Positions 49,162 to 58,679 of a stretch of 64,000 nt of DNA are shown one piece after another. The notes under the pieces are model-generated. The model saw only the letters and a program-made list of their open reading frames with translations. It was not told the origin of the DNA and made no database searches. Within the stretch, counting starts at the first letter, position 1. Each line of letters begins with the position of its first letter. This DNA comes from an uncultured virus (IMG/VR IMGVR_UViG_3300031088_000789) (taxonomy: Duplodnaviria; Heunggongvirae; Uroviricota; Caudoviricetes): IMG/VR virus record IMGVR_UViG_3300031088_000789. The stretch is one strand, 5' to 3'. Both the position numbers and the translations under genes were made by a program.

Positions 49162-49446
49162 ATGCAAATCACTGTTAAATTCAAAGAAACTGCCGAACAA
49201 ACCCAACTGAAATCCCTGAAAGTCGCCAGTGACCAGTTCTATGAACTGTCTGATACTCAACAAATCATGGTGGATATTCGTCAGTTGGTGCTTCGCCAAG
49301 TTGATCGCACTGTCCCTGACTATGCTGATAAACTGGTCATCGTTGACCTAGAAGAAGCCGCCAACAAAATTCGTCTGCATCTGCTGGATGTTCGTCAGTC
49401 TCGTATGCACGATGATGAATTGGCAGACAACTCGGAATACTACTAA
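49162..49446 (+). CDS. hypothetical protein
   Basis: TATACT promoter. Confidence 0.7.
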   Translation: MQITVKFKETAEQTQLKSLKVASDQFYELSDTQQIMVDIRQLVLRQVDRTVPDYADKLVIVDLEEAANKIRLHLLDVRQSRMHDDELADNSEYY

Positions 49447-49621
49447 TCACTAACGAAAAGTAGGATTGAAATCAAGGTGAGGCAATGTTATAATTGTCTC
49501 ACTTTTTAGCTTTAACCGAATAACTCACTACTAAGGTATTAATATGATCAATACAGACATTTGATTCAAATGACCGAGTTATTCTACTTAATTCACATAT
49601 CAGTCAATAAGGAGAATATTG

Positions 49622-49873
49622 ATGTCTACTATTCATGATAATTGGACAGAAACTGTTCCACAAGAAGAAGGCGACTACTATTTCTATGGAGACATTTCAT
49701 TTAAAAAAGACGACCCCAATTTTAATCCTGAGTTGTCTATTTTGCACATTTACAAAATTTCGAATGGGTTAATGTATGTAATTGCTGGGAACTTTTTCCA
49801 TCCAAAAAAAGATGGAAGTCATGAAGGCTATGGAAAATTCAAGAAAGTTAACTTCGAAAAACCAGAACTCTAA
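49622..49873 (+). CDS. hypothetical protein, related to 61506
   Basis: WTE..P.E.G.Y; AAGGAG RBS. Confidence 0.7.
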   Translation: MSTIHDNWTETVPQEEGDYYFYGDISFKKDDPNFNPELSILHIYKISNGLMYVIAGNFFHPKKDGSHEGYGKFKKVNFEKPEL

Positions 49874-49904
49874 CATGAAACACGTTAAGGAGCCGTCTGG
49901 CTCC

Positions 49905-50768
49905 TTATTCTTGTGGTGAATAATTTTCTATACTTTCCATTACTTCTGCTTTAATTTCATCCCAAAAACGATTAAATGCTGATAGAGCATTGTTACTTTC
50001 TCTGATCCATTTATTGGTTTCATCAATAATCATATTTTGAGCAACTTGAATAGTAGCGAATGTTTTATTGATATCAGATAATGATGATTTTATATGTCGT
50101 TTACTTTCCCGTATTGTAATGTGATCACTTCTTTCGTCTTCTAGTATTTCTTTGACATGTTCCCAAACAGTAACATCTGCCTGTGCATTTACACTTTTTA
50201 TTTGTGTAATGACACAATTCACTTGTTGTTTAAAATAGGTTATTCGTTTTAAACTATTAGCTAATTTATGATTAATATCTGGTATAAATAAATGATCGTA
50301 ATTTACATTTAAAGCTTCACATTCAATCATCTCATTGATGCTTTTTATAGCAGCATTTAACCAAGAAATAGTATTCTTCCCTGTCTCGTATACGCTTTTA
50401 GATATATCGCATACACTTTGTTTCATCTTATGATCATTGTTAAGTTGCTTGTATTTTTTAGTTTTATTCAAATCAGCATTAATATAGTCATCAATACAAG
50501 ATTGTAAAAATTTATTTTTTTCTTTTTCTAAATTATCTTTTGTGTTCTTAATAAGATTGGTTGAAACATTGATGTATTCCTTGATTTCATTGATATATTC
50601 TTTTTTATCTTTTTCAAAGAATCTTTTTATAAAGAAAATTTTTTTTAGTTCTGCTTTTTTTTCTTGTAGCAAAGACTCATATTCAAATAACTTGATGGTT
50701 TCATCATTGATAGTAAGATCTGCAGCATCTGATATTTTCTTGTAATTTTCCATTCGTTTATGATTCAT
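49905..50768 (-). CDS. coiled-coil-rich hypothetical protein
   Basis: 287-aa ORF with RBS. Confidence 0.75.
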   Translation of the reverse strand: MNHKRMENYKKISDAADLTINDETIKLFEYESLLQEKKAELKKIFFIKRFFEKDKKEYINEIKEYINVSTNLIKNTKDNLEKEKNKFLQSCIDDYINADLNKTKKYKQLNNDHKMKQSVCDISKSVYETGKNTISWLNAAIKSINEMIECEALNVNYDHLFIPDINHKLANSLKRITYFKQQVNCVITQIKSVNAQADVTVWEHVKEILEDERSDHITIRESKRHIKSSLSDINKTFATIQVAQNMIIDETNKWIRESNNALSAFNRFWDEIKAEVMESIENYSPQE

Positions 50769-50915
50769 ACAAACCCCCCTTAAAAATGGTTACGATTTTA
50801 GCACTTATTTTTTATAAAATCAATATTTTATTTTTTTTAATATTACTTGAATGCTATGCTCTTTTTTAGTATAATGCAGGTCTAATCGAAGTCATCTCAC
50901 ATAGGAGTAGTCATC

Positions 50916-50942
50916 ATGAAAGACGAACACGACGATCTGTAA
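50916..50942 (+). CDS. 8-aa micropeptide MKDEHDDL
   Basis: TTGAAT-17-TATAAT promoter, AGGAG RBS, terminator AAAGGTA-GCAA-TACCTTT at the stop. Confidence 0.5.
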   Translation: MKDEHDDL

Positions 50943-50997
50943 AGGTAGCAATACCTTTTTTTATTTTTTATAAATTTCTTTTTAACTATGGATATTC

Positions 50998-52016
50998 ATT
51001 ATTTCTCCTGAACAAGCTCAAAAACTGGCAAAAGATACCCATCTTCAAATTGAAAAACTTGAAGAAGGTCGCCTTCCTGTTATTGATGTTCTCGACATTT
51101 ATGCAGAAGATGGGTTTCTGATTGGCCCTGAGCAAATCCTGCAGGCATTTCAGGATTTTAAAACAGAGAATCTGCCGGTTCGTGTTGCCGAATTGAAAGA
51201 AAATATCATGAAAGCAATGGTCGAAATGAACAGTCTTGTCAACCAAGCTCAAATGGACGTAAAACTCAATAATGAGCGAATTGATTTGGCCGTAGGTGAT
51301 CTGAAATCTACCTTGTTTGATAACATTCGAAATGTTCCAGAAAGTCTGTTGACTCGCAAGATGCGTATTGGTAAAAAAATTATTGACGATGCGGATCTTC
51401 ATTTCTTGGAAGAAGCCTACAAAAATCTTGGATTTAAATATTGTGAAGTCAGTGTTCGAACTGATTATATTTACTTTGATCCAGAAGCAGGCGAAATTCG
51501 TCAACCGTTCCTGAAAGAGTTTCATCGCATTACTAACAACAAATACCGTTTTTAAAACAATGATCAAATCTGATCACTAACTATTCAACGGCAAAATAGA
51601 TATTACAAATAAGCTACTAGTCTGAGTACCAATTCTATACCTTCTAGAATACCTTCCTCGATTTTTACCTATTTATCTTTTTTGGAATAAAACAAGTAAA
51701 ACCATCACAATATACATAATAACTAGAACAGATTTTTTATCTATCTAGTAAATCACCTGTTGTTATTCGATTCGTCGCAATATCTTGTTTTATTCGCTGT
51801 CTATTTTCTTTTTAATTTAAACATCAATGGTTTAATATTAAATTAGACAAACTAATAATACATGATTAATATTTAAAGTCAAGTATTATTTTCATAAATG
51901 ATCAGATTTGATCAAGAAAATGAGACGCAGTTAAAAACCCATCACTTAGCAACTATGTTCAATGTGACAACTCTCGCATTGAAAACCCAGAGGTGTTGTG
52001 TATGTGGTTAGCTTGA
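50998..52016 (+). pseudogene. gene split by the mini-element; paralog of 53686..54315
   Basis: Removing the element and one ACC copy gives ...ITNNKYPSLSNYVQCDNSRIENPEVLCMWLA*. Shares YK.LGF, D...FDP and NY with 53686. Start codon appears to be ATT. Confidence 0.75.
51545..51939 (-). mobile_element. non-autonomous IS607-derived mini-element (ends, promoter, omegaRNA-like region; no ORF)
   Basis: Both ends match the 55317-57966 element; ACC core on both sides; interior is homologous to the tnpB 3' end. Confidence 0.85.
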
Positions 52017-52123
52017 ATCAGTAACAACCTTCACAAAAGGAGCTTTGGCTCCTTTTTCCTTGCATCTTTATCTAAAAAGCTTTATAATGAGGCTTCTTTC
52101 TACTAATACATTTGGAGTTTTTC

Positions 52124-52645
52124 ATGAGCAAAATCATTAAGGCAACATTGACTATTGAAGGCAAAAACATCAGTGTTGATGAACTGAATGATCTGTTTTC
52201 GGGAGCGGCGGCCAAAATCAAAGGTTTGAGTTTTTTGATTAATGATCAAGCCTACAATGCGAGCAATCTCAAAAAATATCTTTTCACTGCTGTTAAAGGC
52301 ACAAAGTCATCAGCTATTGAAGTGGATGAAATCGACCTTCCAAATGCACTTCCAAAGATTGTGAAACTGGCTGCAAAAGTCGGAAACAAACTTGACCAAG
52401 TAGCTTATCAGGAATCGTTCCCAATTTTCTGTGATGAACTTGTTCGTGGTGAAGATGTTCATGTTTGCACTCGTTTCTTGGGGATGAATCTCTTTGTTAC
52501 CCGCTTGGAAGATAAAACAGGCAATCAAAAAGAACGCTCCAATAAGGCATGGATGGAAAGCTTCATTGATAAAAACCTCAAAAAAGACCGTAAAGGGCTG
52601 TCGCTGGACGTAAGTGCGGCTTTCTTGTCTAAACAACCTGATTAA
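52124..52645 (+). CDS. hypothetical protein
   Basis: GGAG RBS; TTGCAT..TATAAT promoter. Confidence 0.75.
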   Translation: MSKIIKATLTIEGKNISVDELNDLFSGAAAKIKGLSFLINDQAYNASNLKKYLFTAVKGTKSSAIEVDEIDLPNALPKIVKLAAKVGNKLDQVAYQESFPIFCDELVRGEDVHVCTRFLGMNLFVTRLEDKTGNQKERSNKAWMESFIDKNLKKDRKGLSLDVSAAFLSKQPD

Positions 52646-52719
52646 TGGGTTGATTCATTTTTCAAAAAGCTTTATAATAAAGGAGATCTTCGGATCTCTT
52701 TTTTTTTTGGAATTTTATT

Positions 52720-53184
52720 ATGAACTTATTACTTCGTCATCGTTGCTTTGAATTCGACACAGAAGGCACTATTGTATATGACCCTGATCGTGGTTCAATG
52801 AAAAACAATATTGAGCATTGGGCTGTCATTACAGTTGATGCAGATATTGCAGCCTACTATCGCCATTTGTTTTATAAGCAATATGGTGTTGCATTGGATA
52901 AGCCTAACTGGGATGTTCACTGCTCTGTTTTGAAAGGCTATAGCATGATGGATAAGGATAAACCTTGGGGCTGGCGTGATAATGAACACGTTCAAGTCAA
53001 TTATACTCATGAAATGTTTTGGAATACGACTCATGTTTGGGTGAATTGCTATTCACAAGCCTTTTTTGAAATTCGAGATTTTTATAACATTGTTGGACAA
53101 GATCAAGGACATATCACCATTGGCAAGTTTAAACATAATCAGCAAGGTTGTATAAAACCGTTTAAAAATTACAATCCTGATTGA
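52720..53184 (+). CDS. 2H phosphoesterase-like protein
   Basis: HxS and HxT motifs (VHCSV, GHITIG). Confidence 0.6.
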   Translation: MNLLLRHRCFEFDTEGTIVYDPDRGSMKNNIEHWAVITVDADIAAYYRHLFYKQYGVALDKPNWDVHCSVLKGYSMMDKDKPWGWRDNEHVQVNYTHEMFWNTTHVWVNCYSQAFFEIRDFYNIVGQDQGHITIGKFKHNQQGCIKPFKNYNPD

Positions 53185-53231
53185 TTTCAATCGTCTTTTT
53201 TGCTATAATTCAAGCCTAATTGGAGTATTTT

Positions 53232-53606
53232 ATGATTAAACAACTTGAAAATGTGGTTCCTGACGAAATTTCAGAAGAATATCTGTCAGCAAAATCTATT
53301 TTTCTGGCCGTTGCACTGTGGCGTACTTTTGGTGGTGTTATTCAAGTGCGATTGGTAGATGACCTTTCCGTAAAATCTATTGATCATGCTTGGCTCTCGG
53401 TTGATGGTCATGATATTGATATCGATGGCTCTTATCCACCTATTGCACCCTTGGATGAAAGTGAAAACGATTTGTATGTTGGCATGGATGAAGAAAAAAC
53501 CCTTGAATTAGTCCGCTCTATTATTGATGTGAGTGATAAAGATTGGGAAAAGGAAGTTAAAAAAGCTCTCAAAATCGTCAAAAAATATTATTTCAGAGAT
53601 GAATAA
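53232..53606 (+). CDS. hypothetical protein related to 48639
   Basis: FLAVAL...HAW...DIDG. Confidence 0.7.
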   Translation: MIKQLENVVPDEISEEYLSAKSIFLAVALWRTFGGVIQVRLVDDLSVKSIDHAWLSVDGHDIDIDGSYPPIAPLDESENDLYVGMDEEKTLELVRSIIDVSDKDWEKEVKKALKIVKKYYFRDE

Positions 53607-53685
53607 TCTTTTTTTTGAAAAAAAATGTTGTGCCCGATGACCGTTTTTGCTATACTTGCCTCATCTAATCAATAAGGTTATTGTT

Positions 53686-54315
53686 ATGAATGATTCCGCT
53701 CTGAAAGCCATTGAAAAAAACAAGAGTGAGATCGCTCAGATTCAAAAAAAATCTGTGGCCGTCCCAGAAGCACTCAGCCTCTACTGCGAAGATGGCATGT
53801 CTTATAGTGTCAGCGACATTATTGATGAACTGAAACGACATTCGACTGTTGGCCTGACTTCGTTTGCAAAAGAGCAATTGGCCATTGCATTGGCGGCTTT
53901 GACCACTTACAACGATGAAGTCACTGCTCTTCAAAATGAAGCCATTGAAGCAAACAATGCTGTGGCTGAAAAGGTTAAGAAGAAACGTGAAGAATTGGAT
54001 GTTCTTCTCAACGATGTTCCTGAAAAGAAATTTACCAAAGTTGTGCGAATTAGCAAAAGCAAACTTTCCCCAGAAGTTCGTGAAGATCTGGTAAAAGTTT
54101 ACAAAAAACTTGGTTTCACTCATGTTGGTGCGGTCGAGTGGCGTGATTTTGTCTTCTTTGATCCTGCTGTGACTGATGGAAAAGAGCTTCGTAATCTTAT
54201 TGCAACTACTTTTGAAGACATTCATCCTGACAAATCGTTCTTGACCATCCGTAACTACATCATGGTAGAAAATAACACTGCTGACCTTGAAACTGTCATC
54301 AAATCCCTTGTATAA
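53686..54315 (+). CDS. hypothetical protein, paralog of the split gene at 50998
   Basis: Y.EDG, VP...., YKKLGF, DFVFFDP motifs. Confidence 0.8.
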   Translation: MNDSALKAIEKNKSEIAQIQKKSVAVPEALSLYCEDGMSYSVSDIIDELKRHSTVGLTSFAKEQLAIALAALTTYNDEVTALQNEAIEANNAVAEKVKKKREELDVLLNDVPEKKFTKVVRISKSKLSPEVREDLVKVYKKLGFTHVGAVEWRDFVFFDPAVTDGKELRNLIATTFEDIHPDKSFLTIRNYIMVENNTADLETVIKSLV

Positions 54316-54454
54316 TGATGACTCAACGGGGCTGAAAGGCCCCTTGCTTCAAATGTTGTAAATCGCAAGTGCTAAGTAGCAGAAAACAAGAACAAAGCCT
54401 GCCTATTGAATACGACGATACTGCCGATATTTATTCTCAGACAGGAGATTCACG

Positions 54455-54613
54455 ATGCTTAAAACTAAACGTATGCTGTTGCTATTCCTTGCTTTGGGCT
54501 TTACAGGTGGTGGTGATCATAGCCAGCATCATGATCGTTCGCCTTCGCAATCAAAAGTCCGTCGCTGGTCGGTTCTTCAACACAAAAGTAAACATGCCCA
54601 TATTCAACGTTAA
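54455..54613 (+). CDS. 52-aa His-rich peptide with hydrophobic N-terminus
   Basis: CAGGAG RBS; read by hand. Confidence 0.5.
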   Translation: MLKTKRMLLLFLALGFTGGGDHSQHHDRSPSQSKVRRWSVLQHKSKHAHIQR

Positions 54614-54745
54614 ATTTCATATTTTTTGTTGAATCAAGACTCAATCTTTGGTATAATTATCCCATCGAAGCAACAAGGGGCGAGCATTCAAATAAGCCTT
54701 TCCCCTTGTAAATGCTGAATCGACTCTCTTGAAACAGAAAAGGAT

Positions 54746-55090
54746 ATGACCATGAAAATGATGAAAATTGTTCTCGCTGCTATCACTCTGGCTCTGATGA
54801 CTGGTTGCGTGTCTGCTGGTCAATATGGTTCTTACCAAGCACGTCAAATTGAGCGTAAATGCATGATCAACGCAGATAAGCAAGCTCAAAACGCCTATAT
54901 CCGTAAAGAAAGTGATGTTCGCTTTGCAGAGTCTTACAAGAAGGCTCAAAAGGCTCAGCAAACGTTCCAAAAACGCATTGCAAGCATTCAAGAAAGCCGT
55001 GACCGCTGCATTGCAAGCGGCCAGCGTAAAGTCTTTGAAGAACAGCTTCGTCGCACTACCAACCGTATGTATAACCGCACCTACTACTGA
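54746..55090 (+). CDS. lipoprotein
   Basis: Lipobox MTGC; terminator follows. Confidence 0.75.
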   Translation: MTMKMMKIVLAAITLALMTGCVSAGQYGSYQARQIERKCMINADKQAQNAYIRKESDVRFAESYKKAQKAQQTFQKRIASIQESRDRCIASGQRKVFEEQLRRTTNRMYNRTYY

Positions 55091-55395
55091 TAGTTGCTGA
55101 CTAACGAACCCGCCGAGTGCGGGTTTTTTGTTTATTTAATTCTAGATTTATGGTATAATTTAGAAAATTTGGAGAGGTCTTATCATGAGTTATCATACTG
55201 CTGCACCTTATGATTCCAAAATTCCAGATGCCTATAAACTGATTTTTGAAGACAATGGTTATATGGTTTATGAATGGAGTGGTCGCCTGTTCCTGTATCG
55301 TAAAGGCAAATCGTTGGGTTTTTAACTGCGTCTCATTTTCTTGATTAAATCTGATCATTTATGTTAGAATAGAGGTGTCAACATCTATTTTTTAT

Positions 55396-55937
55396 ATGAT
55401 TAAATCTCTTTCTGTTGTTACTCTTCGTCGTTGGGAAAAATTTGGTAAAATTAGTTCTTTTCGAACTCTTGGCAATCATCGAAGATTTTTCTTCGATGAC
55501 TTGCTTAAACTTCATAATTCTAATAAATTGTATGTTGGTTATGCCAGAGTTTCTTCTCACGATCAAAAAAATACTTAGAAACCCAAATCAAATTCTTAGA
55601 TAAATATATTCAAAATGACAATAAAATGGTCATTTCTGATCTTGGCAGTGGATTAAATTTTAATAAAAAAGGTTTAATTCTTCTTCTTTCTTTAATTGTT
55701 TCTCGTAAAATTCATACCCTTTATCTCACTCACAAAGAACGTTTATTAAGATTTGGTTCGGATTTAATCCTTAAATTATGCTCAACATTTGGCACAAATG
55801 TTGTCATAATTAACAGTTCCGAATCTAAATCTTTTGAAGTGACTTTAGCAGAAGACGTTATTGAACTTATGACTGTCTTTTCGGCTAAATTGTAGGGTAA
55901 ACGTTCTCATCATAACAAAAAATCAATAACTACTTGA
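55396..55937 (+). pseudogene. tnpA: inactivated IS607 tnpA
   Basis: Near-identical to 119..694 but with a 33-bp HTH deletion between CTTTCT repeats, a frameshift near 55570 and TAT>TAG at 55893. Confidence 0.9.
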
Positions 55938-55962
55938 CTTTTAATAGTTTTTTATTTATTAT
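55934..55962 (+). promoter_or_regulatory. internal tnpB promoter
   Basis: TTGACT-17-TATTAT; also present in copy 1 and, with a 16-nt spacer, in the mini-element. Confidence 0.55.
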
Positions 55963-55990
55963 TGTGGCATTATTGAGTATTTATTTATCC

Positions 55991-57919
55991 ATGAAAAAGA
56001 AATCCAACATCAAAGAGTTGTTTGGTACTACATTAGATGATGATGTAGCATTGAACAACACCATCACTGTTCAGGCAAAGTTCAAACTTTGTCCTGAGCA
56101 GGATGTGATCTTGAACAAAATCATGGAACATCTTACTTACGCTAAACTCATGTACTTTAACTATCTCGTTTATTCAACTAAAATGAATAAATTCATGAAA
56201 GATAATGCTCTTTATATTACTAAAGAGATAAAAGTGAAAGATGAATTAACAGGTTTAACATTATCACAAAGCGTTACAACCCTTGAAACTTTTAAAGTGG
56301 CTTTTTGTCGTGTCTATGGTCTATCATCTCGCCAATTCAATTCTATTGATTTTCTCATTAAAGGTCTTATTAAGGCTAATAAGACTTTAATGCAAGATAG
56401 ATTAATTAACTTTAACGATCAACTTGATAGAAAATTAGCCAAACAGAAAAAACTTGTGGGTGAGATTCATCTTTTATCCATAAGTGATGCTTTTAAGACT
56501 AAGAAAAATAGTGCTCTTTCTAGTCATAATAAAAAGAAAATAGCTTTAATTAAGTTAAAAGAAGAAATTGAAAGAAAACAAGCCGCTATTGTTCGGTTAG
56601 AACATAACATTAAAACAAACAAAGTATCTGTTTGTTTTGGTGATCGAAAAATATTGAATCGGCTTTCTTCTTTATTCAATGATAGCAATTATGATCATGG
56701 AAAATACAAACATATTAGTAATGAAGCTCGAAAAAGCTATCATACTGCATACAGAAAGCTCTGGCATGATTCTCGGTTTAATCAATTTTTCTTATTGGGT
56801 TCAAAAGATGAAAACAATGGTAATGCTTCTTGTGTGTTTTCAAAACAGAGTGAAAGCCTTTATTCTGTTAAGATTTCAATTCCACAATGTGTTAGAGATG
56901 AACTTGGTTTATCTCAAAAGCATTTGGTGATTGACAATATTAATTTTAAACACAATGAAAAAGAAATCTTAAACAGTTTTGCTTTAAATGAACAAAGAAA
57001 ACAAAAAGAAAGTGAGTACACTCAAAAACTAAAAGACAAAGATCCATCATTATTTGATGATAAAGGTGAAGCAATAAGTAAAGCGACTTACTTAGAAGAT
57101 GAAGGTGTTGCTATTTCTTTTAGATTTATAAAAGACACTTTTGCCGATCCAAAAAGACTTTCAAGCTCTTGGAGAATTCTTACTTCAATGGATGAAACCA
57201 AACATCAGAAAGCTATTATGTCAAAAGCAACAGGTGTTATTGCTATTGATACTAATGTCGATCATTTTGCTGTTGCTGAATTGAATGGTCAAAGAAACCT
57301 AAAGAAAGCTTTCAACGTGTATTTTGGTTTCACTGATAGTGAACAGAATTCAAATAAAACGCTTCGTAAAGAAGCAATATTGAAATCAGCTAAAAAGATT
57401 ATTAACTATGCAATAGAGACTAAAAAACCTATTGTAATCGAACGTTTAGATTTCAAAAATAAACGAGCAGCATTAAAAGAAGAAAATACATTATTTGGTG
57501 ATGCTGCCAAAAAGAAAAACCGTATACTGTCATCATTTGCATACTCATTGATGATAGAGACAATAAAAACTCTGGCCTATCGTAACGGTATAGCCGTTTA
57601 CGAAGTCAATCCAGCTTTTACGTCTCAAATAGGTTGGTTAAAGTATGCTAAACAATATGGTATATCACGGCATATGGCAGCAGCTTATGTGATCGGAAGA
57701 AGAACCTATGCCATAGAAGAATTGTTTGACCGGAATGAACAAGTTATTGTAAAAAGCCAAATAAGAACAGTCCCTTTACTAGTAGATAGAGAAGATTGTA
57801 AAACTTATTTTGAGTACTGCAGTAAAAACTTGCGAAATTTCCTAAAAAGACAGGTTCATGAAAGCCGAGGAAAGTTGGACAGTACTCAGGTTAGTAGTGA
57901 ATCGGTAATAGCTATTTAG
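55991..57919 (+). CDS. tnpB: large (642 aa) TnpB-related RNA-guided nuclease
   Basis: RuvC-I IAIDTN, RuvC-II IVIERLDF, VNPAFTSQIG..KY...SRHMAAAYVIGRR; follows tnpA. Confidence 0.85.
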   Translation: MKKKSNIKELFGTTLDDDVALNNTITVQAKFKLCPEQDVILNKIMEHLTYAKLMYFNYLVYSTKMNKFMKDNALYITKEIKVKDELTGLTLSQSVTTLETFKVAFCRVYGLSSRQFNSIDFLIKGLIKANKTLMQDRLINFNDQLDRKLAKQKKLVGEIHLLSISDAFKTKKNSALSSHNKKKIALIKLKEEIERKQAAIVRLEHNIKTNKVSVCFGDRKILNRLSSLFNDSNYDHGKYKHISNEARKSYHTAYRKLWHDSRFNQFFLLGSKDENNGNASCVFSKQSESLYSVKISIPQCVRDELGLSQKHLVIDNINFKHNEKEILNSFALNEQRKQKESEYTQKLKDKDPSLFDDKGEAISKATYLEDEGVAISFRFIKDTFADPKRLSSSWRILTSMDETKHQKAIMSKATGVIAIDTNVDHFAVAELNGQRNLKKAFNVYFGFTDSEQNSNKTLRKEAILKSAKKIINYAIETKKPIVIERLDFKNKRAALKEENTLFGDAAKKKNRILSSFAYSLMIETIKTLAYRNGIAVYEVNPAFTSQIGWLKYAKQYGISRHMAAAYVIGRRTYAIEELFDRNEQVIVKSQIRTVPLLVDREDCKTYFEYCSKNLRNFLKRQVHESRGKLDSTQVSSESVIAI

Positions 57920-57986
57920 CCGTTGAATAGTTAGTGATCAGATTTGATCATTTTTCAAAAAGCGGTCAACTGATTAATGGTTTTAC
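57700..57986 (+). ncRNA. predicted omegaRNA (tnpB 3' end, right end, flank-derived guide); 5' end approximate
   Basis: Region conserved in the mini-element; terminal hairpin CCG-TTGAA...TGATCA-GATT-TGATCA...TTCAA..CGG. Confidence 0.55.
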
Positions 57987-58208
57987 TGGACTCAAAAAGA
58001 ATTATCGTAATAGCTTCGAAGTTTGGATTTATAAAATCAAACAAAAAGATATGGCAAAAATTAAAAACATCGAAGCGGATATCAAGCAGATGCAACAAGA
58101 TTGTGATCTGATTCGTGATGTTCATTCTTGATCATTTTTAAGTTTTTCTTGTCATTGTTTGATTATTTTGCTATAATTCAGGCAGATATTGACTAGAAGG
58201 CTAAAACA

Positions 58209-58616
58209 ATGCTTACAGTTAAAGACATCCTCAGCAATTATCCAGTAAAGATTGAATATAACGAACACAATATTATTCGTGCGAATCTTGCATTGGATTA
58301 CTTGTGGGAAGAACGTTGTAAAGAACGTGGTTTTGTTTATGCTGGTGAGCGGTCTGGTAGCTGTAAGTTTGCAGCCTTGTTGGCACGGAATCTTTTTGGT
58401 GGCCGTCTTGCGGGTAATCACGAGCATGTCTTTGTTATCAGTGGCTCTAATTTGATTGACCTCAACATTGATCAAAAAGATGTTATTGATCTACATCAAG
58501 CTCATTTGCGTATGGACACTGTATTGACTCATCGTGATTATCGTGATGCTTTAACATCTTGCTTGCCACGGGTTGATAAATGGGAGCAATGGGTGCTTAA
58601 TAGGGCAAAGAAATAA
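58209..58616 (+). CDS. phage hypothetical protein (GSCKFA.L...FGG...GN..H.F...IDL)
   Basis: TGCTATAAT promoter; Cys/His/Asp motif. Confidence 0.7.
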   Translation: MLTVKDILSNYPVKIEYNEHNIIRANLALDYLWEERCKERGFVYAGERSGSCKFAALLARNLFGGRLAGNHEHVFVISGSNLIDLNIDQKDVIDLHQAHLRMDTVLTHRDYRDALTSCLPRVDKWEQWVLNRAKK

Positions 58617-58679
58617 CTAGACTATAATCCTGTTTTTTGATAGAATATATCCATCTTAACGACACACAAGGAAATCAAC

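Larger units (their letters stand above)
55317..57966 (+). mobile_element. IS607-family element, copy 3 (pseudo-tnpA plus tnpB)
   Basis: GGT at both junctions; subterminal TGATYA-N4-TGATCA motif in inverted orientation at the two ends. Confidence 0.92.
55185..58131 (+). pseudogene. 99-aa gene split by IS607 copy 3 (55185-55319 joined to 57967-58131)
   Basis: ...RKGKSL-G-QLINGFTGLKK... rejoins in frame at the GGT core; promoter and GGAGAGG RBS upstream. Confidence 0.8.

Noticed and set aside
55317..57966. IStron (group I intron fused to IS607) explaining insertions inside genes
   Set aside because: Only about 80 nt separate the junction from tnpA, no group I core is visible, and two of the three copies are antisense to their target genes.
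57934..58131. Independent 65-aa gene MIRFDH... (also 55101-55358)
   Set aside because: MIRF starts come from the IS end motif; 57967-58131 is the tail of the interrupted gene.
55991..58200. Cas12 with a CRISPR array
   Set aside because: No repeat-spacer array or cas1/cas2 in the window; the context is an IS.
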